DNA from: Planctomycetota bacterium
GTDB lineage: Bacteria; Planctomycetota; GCA-002687715; DRQF01
NCBI GenBank assembly: GCA_027001995.1
Contig: JALTLO010000202.1
Location: forward strand, 1 to 64,000
Direction of reading: 5' to 3'
Length of the DNA: 64,000 bases
Below are positions 16,815 to 25,049 of the stretch, piece by piece. Made by a program: the position numbers and the translations under genes. The notes beneath the pieces were generated by a model that was given only the letters and a program-made list of their open reading frames with translations, was not told the DNA's origin and ran no database searches. Numbering within the stretch: position 1 is the stretch's first letter; the number at the start of each line of letters is the position of its first letter.

Positions 16815-19547
16815 ATGAAAATCGGCTTTTCCTTCGAGAATTTGTATCCGGCAGCCGATCGTGCCGGACGTCATATCGAAACATTGGTTCGGCGTTTTGC
16901 CGAACGTGGGCACCAAGTCTTTGTTGTCACCACCCCCTCCGAAGATCCTGTAGAACCCGAGGGCGTTGAAATTCTGCGTCTCCGGGAAGCTCCCGGTGCC
17001 AAAGGCCATGGCCGCAGCGACACCTTGCTAGGTAAGGTCATCACCAAGTTCCTCAAGCAAAACGAAGTCGACGTTCATTTTGCTGAAGGCCTCACACCTC
17101 TTTCTGCGATTACCGTGAAAGCAGCCCAGCGGGCTGGCGCCAAGACGGTCATTCGTGTCTTAGCCGACGCATCTGGCATTATTCACTCCATCGGCGGTGA
17201 CAAGAGGCTCACGCCTTCTGCTTTGAAGAAGCGTATTTCGACGATTCTGCGCTACGCCGATGCGGCTGCAGCATCGTCACCGGGATGCGCAGACTTGCTG
17301 AAGGGTTCCTACGCTGGTGATGTTCGGGTAATTGAGAAATGCGTCGATCTCTCTATTTGCAATCCAGAGCGGGTGCAAGACTTGGACATCTCTACTTTGC
17401 GCGAAAAGTTCAGTGTGGGAGACGCTCAAGTCCTGATTTATTCGCGGGAGGAAATGCGCGGTGAAACCGTAGCGAGCACCATTCCTCTTGTGGGCAAGTT
17501 AGTGGAGAAAGACGCTGGTCTCATCCTCTTGATTGCCGGAAAGATCGAAGATGAGGCTGAGCAACTCAAAGAAGCGATTAGCGAAGCGGGGCTGGAGGCT
17601 CACTATCGCCTCTGCGGCCGTCTTTCCCAAAGAGATCTTTTTGCAGCCTATACCACCGCCGATGTCTACCTGACTCCCCACGATAGTCGGGCCTCGGAAA
17701 GTGAATTGCTGGAAGCCTTGGCCATGGGATGTCCCATTGCTTGCTATGGCGAAAAAGCTGAATCAGCCCATGCTCTGGTTGAGGAAAGCAACGCACTTGT
17801 CTTGGACTATGAAGACTTGGATGGTGCTGCAGAACAACTGAAGTCGCTCTTGGACGACAAGGAGCGCCTCCTCGCTCTGAAATCCAAAGCCTACGATGTG
17901 GCCTCCCGTAAAGATATTGAAGGGGCTATCGACGAGGTTGAAGATCTCTTCGCCAGTTTGACCGGATTGGCCGCATCCGCGGGTCCCACTGACGAAGTGG
18001 AAGGCCCGGCTGAGACGGATCGTCCGGATGAAGAAGTTGAGGTTGAAGCCATCGATTCGGCAGTAGATGTTGAACCTTCTGATCACTCCGCTCCCGTCGA
18101 TGGGGAGGATGAGGATGAGGGTGACGAGGACGATGAAGACCGAGAGAATCAAGGTCGGAAACGCCGTCGCCGTCGCCGCCGTCGTCGTTTGAGGCATGAT
18201 GAAGAGTCGGAAGAAGACGACGAAGAAAAAGAAGCCGAAGGGGAGCAGCCAGAGCAGGCTGCTCCTGCGAAAGAAACTAGGAAGACTAAGGAAGAGCTGC
18301 GCCAAGAAGAGGAAGAAATGCTCACGGCGGCCGCGGCTCGTCTCAGGGAGTTGGACTCGAAACTAACCCTGCGGGATCTCATGCCTTTCTTGCGCCCTCC
18401 CAAGCAAGTCTTGGTGATGTCGATGGCATCAGCCAACGGACAACATCGAGCTGGTGACGCTATCTTCGAAGCCTTCAAGTCAGTAGACCAAAACTTCAAG
18501 GTGAAACAGGTCAACATCGCTGATTTCCTGAACAAGGAATATGACGCTGCTGAAATTGATCGGATGGTTGATGCCGAGTACCGGACTAAACCGGCCATGG
18601 CGTTGGAGATGTCTGAAGGCGAAGAGAATGGGGCAGAATCAGATCAAGCCCCAGTTCAAACCCAAGACAGCGTTATCAGCGACAAAGTATTTATCCCTCG
18701 CTTCAAGAAGTTGCTGTTAGAGAAACGTCCTCATCAAATTGTCTTGACTCATTATCTGCCAATTCAGTTCATCGCTAAGCTCAAACGGGAGCATGACCTG
18801 AAGACGCGGATCGCAGTCGTAGTGACAGAATACGACTTGCATCCCTGGTGGATGGCTGAAGGGGTGGACCAGTACTTGGTTTCTTCTGAAAAAGTGCGAT
18901 TTAAGCTTCTTCGTGCTGGTGTTCCGTCATCGACGATTGATGTGAGCGGTATCCCCGTTCATCCACGGTTTGAAGGTGAAATTGATCGTGCCAAGGTTCG
19001 CAAAGACTTAGGTATTCGCTCCAATTCCCCCATTGTCTTGCTGCGCCCAGGGGGCTTGGGGAACACCGAAGAGATCATGGAAATCGTGAAACAGATCACC
19101 TCTGTTGGTTACGGTTTTAATCTTCTCATCCTGGCCGGCAAGAATGAGAGCTTGGTCAAAGCGGTCAAGGACATGAAAGCCCCTCGAGGGGTGTTCGTAA
19201 AGGCATTCGGATTCGTCAACAACATTGGCGATGTCATGGGTGTTTCCGATCTGATGATTACCCGAGCTGTGGGGCACACCGTAGCCGAAGCATTTGCTTC
19301 TGGTTTGCCTCTTCTTTTGCTTCGCCCAGAAACCAAGGCTGAAGAGCGCACCGTCGATTGGTTTGTTGAACGAGGTGTGGCTTTGAAAGCCCATGATGGC
19401 CTTGATTTAGAATGGCTTCTCACCGATGTTCTTCGCAACCAAGGGAGCGCTTTGAAAGAAATGCGCACCCGCGCTGCAACCGGTGGACGTCCTAAGGGTG
19501 GGGCCGCACAGATTTGCGTCGATCGGGTGAGCCGCCTGCTTCACTAA
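16815..19547 (+). CDS. Fusion of GT4-like glycosyltransferase, acidic/poly-Arg linker and MGDG synthase/UgtP-like (GT28) glycosyltransferase
   Basis: N-terminal MKIGF...RGHQVFVVT...ADVY...LLEALAMGCP. C-terminal PHQIVLTH, VVTEYDLHPWW, SGIPVHPRF, GFVNNI..VMGVSDLMIT, EAFASGLP. GGAGG RBS before ATG 16815. Confidence 0.85.
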   Translation: MKIGFSFENLYPAADRAGRHIETLVRRFAERGHQVFVVTTPSEDPVEPEGVEILRLREAPGAKGHGRSDTLLGKVITKFLKQNEVDVHFAEGLTPLSAITVKAAQRAGAKTVIRVLADASGIIHSIGGDKRLTPSALKKRISTILRYADAAAASSPGCADLLKGSYAGDVRVIEKCVDLSICNPERVQDLDISTLREKFSVGDAQVLIYSREEMRGETVASTIPLVGKLVEKDAGLILLIAGKIEDEAEQLKEAISEAGLEAHYRLCGRLSQRDLFAAYTTADVYLTPHDSRASESELLEALAMGCPIACYGEKAESAHALVEESNALVLDYEDLDGAAEQLKSLLDDKERLLALKSKAYDVASRKDIEGAIDEVEDLFASLTGLAASAGPTDEVEGPAETDRPDEEVEVEAIDSAVDVEPSDHSAPVDGEDEDEGDEDDEDRENQGRKRRRRRRRRRLRHDEESEEDDEEKEAEGEQPEQAAPAKETRKTKEELRQEEEEMLTAAAARLRELDSKLTLRDLMPFLRPPKQVLVMSMASANGQHRAGDAIFEAFKSVDQNFKVKQVNIADFLNKEYDAAEIDRMVDAEYRTKPAMALEMSEGEENGAESDQAPVQTQDSVISDKVFIPRFKKLLLEKRPHQIVLTHYLPIQFIAKLKREHDLKTRIAVVVTEYDLHPWWMAEGVDQYLVSSEKVRFKLLRAGVPSSTIDVSGIPVHPRFEGEIDRAKVRKDLGIRSNSPIVLLRPGGLGNTEEIMEIVKQITSVGYGFNLLILAGKNESLVKAVKDMKAPRGVFVKAFGFVNNIGDVMGVSDLMITRAVGHTVAEAFASGLPLLLLRPETKAEERTVDWFVERGVALKAHDGLDLEWLLTDVLRNQGSALKEMRTRAATGGRPKGGAAQICVDRVSRLLH

Positions 19548-19577
19548 TCCTCATCTGTTCCCTGACAATGACTCAAT

Positions 19578-19611
19578 AAAGCGGGCGCCAAGACAATCTT
19601 GGCGCCCGTTT
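19578..19611. terminator. Bidirectional terminator between the convergent GT-fusion gene and lysS
   Basis: AAAGCGGGCGCCAAGA-caa-TCTTGGCGCCCGTTT. Confidence 0.8.
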
Positions 19612-19639
19612 CCTGTGGCTTCTGTTTGCTGTGCGGTGT

Positions 19640-21109
19640 TTAGTCGTTTGGGCGCATGAGAGGAAACAAAACAACGTCTCGAAGATTCGATTGGTTGGTG
19701 ATGAGGGCGCAGAATCGATCAATACCCATGCCCCAACCGCTTATGGGCGGCATGCCGTGCTCCATGGCAAGTAGATAGTCTTCGTCCATATCCATAGCGT
19801 CGTCGTCTCCGCTGGCCTTGAGGGCCGCTTGGGATTCCAATCGAGCTCGCTGATCGAGAGGGTCGACTAATTCGGAATAGGCGTTGACGACTTCCCAGCC
19901 GCGAATGACCAGTTGGAATCGATCAGAAACACTTTCTTCGTCATCATTGCGTCTTGCCAAAGGTGACAAGTCGACGGGGTGCTTGGTGAGGAAGACCGGG
20001 CCTGTCATTTGAGGGCGACTGACTTTCTTGTAGAGCTGGTCGATGAGGTTGCCACGTCCCATTTTTTCTACGTCTTCTAAGGTGATCCCTTTGGAGCTGA
20101 TTTCAGCCCGCAAAGAATCGGCGTCCCGAAATGCCTCAATATCAATGTCACAGTCTTTGAGGATGAGCTCCCGGAAGGAAACCCGAGGCCATTCGCCGGA
20201 GAAATCAATTTTTTCCCCGCCTATTTCGACTTCCAAGGAACCAAAGAGTTCTGTGAGGACATGCTGGATCAACTTCTGGGTGAAGTTCATGTTGTCTTCG
20301 TAGTTCCAGTAAGCGCAGTAATACTCAAGCATGGTGAAGTCTTGAAGATGAGACGGGTCCATGCCTTCATTGCGGAAACAGCGGGCAAACTCAAAAACTC
20401 GATCGAAACCCCCAACAATGCAACGTTTGAGATAAGTCTCAGGGGCGATGCGCAGAAAAACTTCCATATCCAGGGCGTTGTGGTGGGAAGTGAAGGGCTT
20501 GGCTGCGGCGCCACTCGCTTTCGGAGCCAAAACGGGAGTTTCCACTTCCATGAATGCCTGGTCTTCCAAATAGCGGCGCATAATCCTGATGAGGTTGCTG
20601 CGGAGCTTGAAACGGTCCATGGACTCCGGGTTCATGATGACGTCTAGATACCGTTGGCGGTAGAGGACTTCTTGGTCCTGCACCCCCTGCCATTTTTCTG
20701 GTAGTGGGCGCAAGGTTTTGCCTAAGAAGGAAAAACCTTTGGCTCGAACCGTCTTTTCGCCAGTTTTTGTCGTATACATTTCGCCGGCGATACCGATGAA
20801 ATCTCCGATATCGACGAGTTTCTTCACGATTTTGTAGGTTTCTGGCCCAACATCGTCCTGGCGAATGGAAATCTGGCATCGCCCAGACACGTCTTGGAGG
20901 GTGATGAAGGAAAGTTTTCCCATGATTCTTGCGGTCATGATGCGACCGGCAACGGTGACGCCTTGGACATCGTCATCTAAGAGGCGAGCGTCCGCCAACA
21001 TATGGCTACGCTCAAAGCGCTCTGGGTAGGGATTTTGACCCGCTTCTCGTAAACGGTCTAATTTCGAAATCCTGACTTGACGATATTCGTTGTCTGTTTT
21101 GTCGGCCAT
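19640..21109 (-). CDS. lysS: Lysine--tRNA ligase (class II)
   Basis: OB-fold anticodon domain, YRQRYLD, EVETP, LRIAPE, FRNEG, NAYSEL, GMPP..GWGMGIDR, RDVVLFP. Start MADK after GGAG. Confidence 0.98.
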   Translation of the reverse strand: MADKTDNEYRQVRISKLDRLREAGQNPYPERFERSHMLADARLLDDDVQGVTVAGRIMTARIMGKLSFITLQDVSGRCQISIRQDDVGPETYKIVKKLVDIGDFIGIAGEMYTTKTGEKTVRAKGFSFLGKTLRPLPEKWQGVQDQEVLYRQRYLDVIMNPESMDRFKLRSNLIRIMRRYLEDQAFMEVETPVLAPKASGAAAKPFTSHHNALDMEVFLRIAPETYLKRCIVGGFDRVFEFARCFRNEGMDPSHLQDFTMLEYYCAYWNYEDNMNFTQKLIQHVLTELFGSLEVEIGGEKIDFSGEWPRVSFRELILKDCDIDIEAFRDADSLRAEISSKGITLEDVEKMGRGNLIDQLYKKVSRPQMTGPVFLTKHPVDLSPLARRNDDEESVSDRFQLVIRGWEVVNAYSELVDPLDQRARLESQAALKASGDDDAMDMDEDYLLAMEHGMPPISGWGMGIDRFCALITNQSNLRDVVLFPLMRPND

Positions 21110-21267
21110 CTCGGCTCTCCTCAATGATTTAGGGCCGAAGTATAGCAGCGTTGGTCATGGACTTCATGCCTACTATGGACTTGTTAGGTGGGCTGATGAT
21201 AATCTCTTGGTGTGCCTGGGGTATTTCGAGTTGAATACCTAACGATTAGAAATCGGAGACAAATACG

Positions 21268-22641
21268 GTGTCGAAACGAATCAATTGGATTTTGATCTTT
21301 GTGATTGCTTGCGCCATTCTTGGCAATTCAGGCTACGCACAAGAGGGACTCAAAGAAGCACAAAAACTCCTTGAGAAGAAACAATGGGCCAAGGCACAGG
21401 ATGCTTTTGACACTCTGTTAGAGGACCACGCGGACGTATTCGCTGTGCGTATGGGCATGGCCCAAGCTGCCTATTGGAACAATGACCCAGGCACCGGTGG
21501 TTTTAATGCCGTTCGCGCTCTCAACATGAAGCCAGATTCTGCCCTTGCAGCAGAATACGTCGGCCGCTGCTTCTTGGCCCAAGGCCACCAGAAGCGGGGG
21601 AATCAAAAAGATCCCACGGGGCTTTACGAGCAAGCTGCCGAAGCATTCGAGAAAGCTATTGCTGGCTCAAAGAACAAGGCACCTCTCTATCTTGAGAGTG
21701 GCCACTGCTACTACTGGCTGAATCAGCAAGACAAGGCCACGAAGATGTATGCTGCTGCTTTGGCGCACAAACTCAGTGCCAAATTTGAGGGGCAAGCGGT
21801 CAACGCTCTTTGGCGTTACTACTCCCAGAGCAAAAACTGGGATGGTATGGTGAAAGACTTGGATGGTTGGCTCAAAGCCAAACCCAACAATGACGTGGCT
21901 CTATGGTGGAAAGGGTATGTGCTTAACCTGCAACAGAACTACGCTGAAGCCATGAAAACATGGAAGAAGTTGGAGCAGGTCTCCCCGCGCTATCGTCCAG
22001 AGGCTATTTATTTTCAGGGCGTTGCTGCCAATGGCATGGGAAAATTGGATGAAGCCATCGCTTTGTTCTCGAAGGCTGGCTCCATGCGTTATGGATGGAC
22101 TGATCAAAAGCACCCTGGGCTTTCCTTGCACGCCATTGCCGGAAGTTTCTTTGGCCGAGGCGACTTGGCAAGAGCTTGCGAGATTGCCGAAAAATACGCT
22201 TTACCAGCCCTTCATGGAGAACGCCGCGTCAGCTTGCAGAGTGACTTGGGGCTCTTCTATCGGGACTATGGGACCAGCTTGGAGAGCCAAAAAAAGGACA
22301 AGGCTGCCAAAGAAGCTTATGCTAAGTCGAAAGCTTTCTATGCCGATGCTGTCAAGGGCATGGTGAAATACTCCAAATTCACCAGACCATGGCGAGCTCA
22401 AGTGCAAAATGATTACGCCTTGATGTACCACTACCATTTTGATGATCTCAATGAGGCTCTCAAAAACTACAAAATCGCTCTGAGCTACGACGAAACTAAC
22501 ACGGATGCCTGTTTGAACTTCGCTCGTATCATGAAACGTCGTGGGAAATTCCGTGAAGCATTGCGGGTGGCCGAGAAGGGAAAAGCTCGAGGAGACTTGA
22601 ATATCCTCATCGCTTCTTTGAAGAGAGAGCTGGAAAAGTAA
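21268..22641 (+). CDS. Secreted tetratricopeptide-repeat protein
   Basis: GTG start with GGAG RBS, signal peptide ending GYA-Q, repeated TPR-like helices. Confidence 0.85.
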   Translation: MSKRINWILIFVIACAILGNSGYAQEGLKEAQKLLEKKQWAKAQDAFDTLLEDHADVFAVRMGMAQAAYWNNDPGTGGFNAVRALNMKPDSALAAEYVGRCFLAQGHQKRGNQKDPTGLYEQAAEAFEKAIAGSKNKAPLYLESGHCYYWLNQQDKATKMYAAALAHKLSAKFEGQAVNALWRYYSQSKNWDGMVKDLDGWLKAKPNNDVALWWKGYVLNLQQNYAEAMKTWKKLEQVSPRYRPEAIYFQGVAANGMGKLDEAIALFSKAGSMRYGWTDQKHPGLSLHAIAGSFFGRGDLARACEIAEKYALPALHGERRVSLQSDLGLFYRDYGTSLESQKKDKAAKEAYAKSKAFYADAVKGMVKYSKFTRPWRAQVQNDYALMYHYHFDDLNEALKNYKIALSYDETNTDACLNFARIMKRRGKFREALRVAEKGKARGDLNILIASLKRELEK

Positions 22642-22678
22642 GAGCCTTCTCTTTCGTTTTCTTGTTTCTATAGAAAAC

Positions 22679-22709
22679 GGGCTCAAGCGAGGCTTGAGCC
22701 CTTTTTTTT
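22679..22709 (+). terminator. Rho-independent terminator
   Basis: GGGCTCAAGC-gag-GCTTGAGCCC followed by T8. Confidence 0.9.
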
Positions 22710-22743
22710 GCAGTCGGCGAGGTCAGGTGAGAGGGGCGTTTCC

Positions 22744-23658
22744 CTATTCCGCAGCGCTCTGGCTGGTTGTCTCTTCGCTCTCTTCGACTTCTTCCAAGTC
22801 TTCTTCTTCGTCGATCTCTTCTAACTCGTCGGCGATTTTTGGCAGGACTTCTCCCAAATACTCTGCGGCCAAGCTTCGATAGTCTTCGGCGCCATTGGAT
22901 TCGGGAGCGTATTCAAGGACCGTGCGGCCGAAGGAAGGAGACTCGGCCAATTTAACGTTTTGGCGAATGCGCGACTGGAATAGGAGGTCGGGGAAGTGAT
23001 CCTTGATGTCCTCTAATACTTCGATGGCCAATCGTGTTCGGGTGTCCATGCGACAAGCGACGATGCCGCCCACCTTCAAGCGGGAGTTGATACGTTTTCT
23101 GATGACCTCCACCACGTCCATGAGCTTACTCATGCCTTGGAGGGCAAAGAACTCAGTTTGCATGGGGACGATGATCTCATGGGCGGCGGCCAAGGCGTTC
23201 ACGCAGAGGAGCCCTAAGGAGGGCGGGCAATCGATGAGGACATAGTCGAAGGTTTGATCTTCGCCATTCTCAGCTTGCAGCTTGGCGAGCCGGTTGGCCC
23301 ATTCGTCAATCGCTTCCTTGAGGATTGTCTCACGGCCAACGGCGGCCACCATTTCGACTTCTGCCCCCGACAAATCGATGTTGCTGGGAGCGCAGAAGAG
23401 ACCTTCCATTCCGGTCTTTTGGATGACGTTAGCCAAAGGTTCATCTGCCACTAAGACGTCATACATCGACAATTCTAGATTGTAGATGTCGACTCCCAAA
23501 TGGGTCGAGCCGTTGCCCTGAGGATCGAGATCAACAATCAGGACACGTTTCCCGCGTTCGGCCATGGCCGCACCCAGGTTTACTGCCGTTGTTGTCTTTC
23601 CTACGCCACCCTTTTGGTTGGATATGGCGATTACCTTCATGTCTCTTATGTCATTCAC
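22744..23658 (-). CDS. parA: ParA/Soj family ATPase with acidic C-terminal tail
   Basis: [11 protein letters not shown] deviant Walker [24 protein letters not shown]. Confidence 0.92.
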   Translation of the reverse strand: MNDIRDMKVIAISNQKGGVGKTTTAVNLGAAMAERGKRVLIVDLDPQGNGSTHLGVDIYNLELSMYDVLVADEPLANVIQKTGMEGLFCAPSNIDLSGAEVEMVAAVGRETILKEAIDEWANRLAKLQAENGEDQTFDYVLIDCPPSLGLLCVNALAAAHEIIVPMQTEFFALQGMSKLMDVVEVIRKRINSRLKVGGIVACRMDTRTRLAIEVLEDIKDHFPDLLFQSRIRQNVKLAESPSFGRTVLEYAPESNGAEDYRSLAAEYLGEVLPKIADELEEIDEEEDLEEVEESEETTSQSAAE

Positions 23659-23758
23659 GATGTGATTATCGGTCTCCGGGGAGACACCTTTGCTTGATCA
23701 TAGGTCTGCGCTCCCTATTATGGCCCGTTGCCGACATGGTATTGGAGCAGGGATCAAG

Positions 23759-24475
23759 ATGACTGAAACCCGGGACAAAAAGACGGCCCTTTTGATGCTT
23801 TCCGGTGGATTGGATTCCACCGTGGCCTCGTATCTGGCCGCCGAAGAATATGACGTGCTCTTGGCTATGAGTTTCGACTATGGCCAAAGAGCCCGAAGAC
23901 GTGAATTAGCCGCATCTTACGGCATTGCCTCAGGGATGGGGATTGAACATCGAACGGTGTTCCTACCCTTCTTTCGGGAGTTCACCAGTGGGCCGCTGAC
24001 GGATGTTGCTCAAACGCTGCCAACGCCAAAAACAGCTGATTTGGACCAACCAGACTTGGCCCAAGAAAGCGCGAATCACGTTTGGGTGCCGAATCGCAAT
24101 GGTATCTTTATCGCCATTGGTGCGGCATGGGCAGAAAAACTCAAGGCCGATGTCCTTGTCGTCGGTTTCAATGCGGAGGAAGCCCGGACTTTTCCGGACA
24201 ATTCCGCTGATTTTGTTTCGAAGCAGAATCAGGCTCTGCAGTATTCCACCGCCAATGGTGTTCAGGTGATAGCCCCAACTTTGGCGTGGACCAAAGAGCA
24301 GATTGTCTCGGCCGCCAAAGAACGGGATTTACCGCTGGAATTGGCTTGGTCTTGCTATGACGGAGGCGACCAAGTTTGTGGCGAATGCGAGAGCTGTAAA
24401 CGATTCGACCGAGCCATTGATGCAGCGGATGCTCGTGCCTGGTATCAAGACCGTCGAAAGAGACTGAAACGATGA
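23759..24475 (+). CDS. queC: 7-cyano-7-deazaguanine synthase
   Basis: LSGGLDS, FDYGQR, WVPNRNGIF, WSCY...CGECESC zinc site. Confidence 0.93.
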   Translation: MTETRDKKTALLMLSGGLDSTVASYLAAEEYDVLLAMSFDYGQRARRRELAASYGIASGMGIEHRTVFLPFFREFTSGPLTDVAQTLPTPKTADLDQPDLAQESANHVWVPNRNGIFIAIGAAWAEKLKADVLVVGFNAEEARTFPDNSADFVSKQNQALQYSTANGVQVIAPTLAWTKEQIVSAAKERDLPLELAWSCYDGGDQVCGECESCKRFDRAIDAADARAWYQDRRKRLKR

Positions 24476-25044
24476 AGATCCTCAAATCAACCACCCTCGC
24501 GACCCTCGTGCTTTCCATATTCTTCCTAGGGGGCTGTCAGTCCACAGAGATCCGCCATTCTGACGAAGACTATCGGACCGGCGATGAGCTCGAAGGCCTC
24601 AATGTCACGGAGATCGTAGTTGAGCCTGTGGATATGGGACCGGCTGTCATGGCTGAAAGCATTGAAGAAAGGCAACTTCCGGCCCGCAAAATGCGACGGA
24701 TGATCAGGCGGTATTTGATCGAGCGGAAAGACTACGCAGCCCCCCGCGAAAACTGGGTTGACGAGCGGTTGTCAGATCCTCGTTCCATGGACACGGATGC
24801 ACTTATGTCCGTATCGGTCTTGCAATGGGATACTTCGAGATTGGAACGCCGGGGCGTCATCTACGCCACCGCGACGTTTGAGTTGAAGTCTCCCGACAAG
24901 AGTACCTTGCTTTGGCGTTACACCTGCCGTGATTATCAACTGATTGTCGAAGCTCCCCATGGGGGCAAGGCTGTGAGCGGTAACAACATTGCCGCAGCTC
25001 GTCTCTTGGCGGAAACCGCCTTGTCCCGCTTGCCTCGAAAATAG
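24472..25044 (+). CDS. Hypothetical lipoprotein
   Basis: Lipobox LGGC after a hydrophobic stretch. ATGA overlap with the queC stop. Confidence 0.8.
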   Translation: MKILKSTTLATLVLSIFFLGGCQSTEIRHSDEDYRTGDELEGLNVTEIVVEPVDMGPAVMAESIEERQLPARKMRRMIRRYLIERKDYAAPRENWVDERLSDPRSMDTDALMSVSVLQWDTSRLERRGVIYATATFELKSPDKSTLLWRYTCRDYQLIVEAPHGGKAVSGNNIAAARLLAETALSRLPRK

Positions 25045-25049
25045 GACCG

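Noticed and set aside
18156..18188. CGY trinucleotide run as a DNA tandem repeat or contingency locus
   Set aside because: Mixed CGC/CGT/CGG codons in frame indicate selection for poly-Arg protein rather than a slippage repeat.
23759..24475. queC as part of a 7-deazaguanine DNA-modification or Qat-type defence system
   Set aside because: Canonical length and motifs, with no dpdA, TatD or defence ATPase neighbours. The divergent ATPase is an ordinary Soj/ParA.
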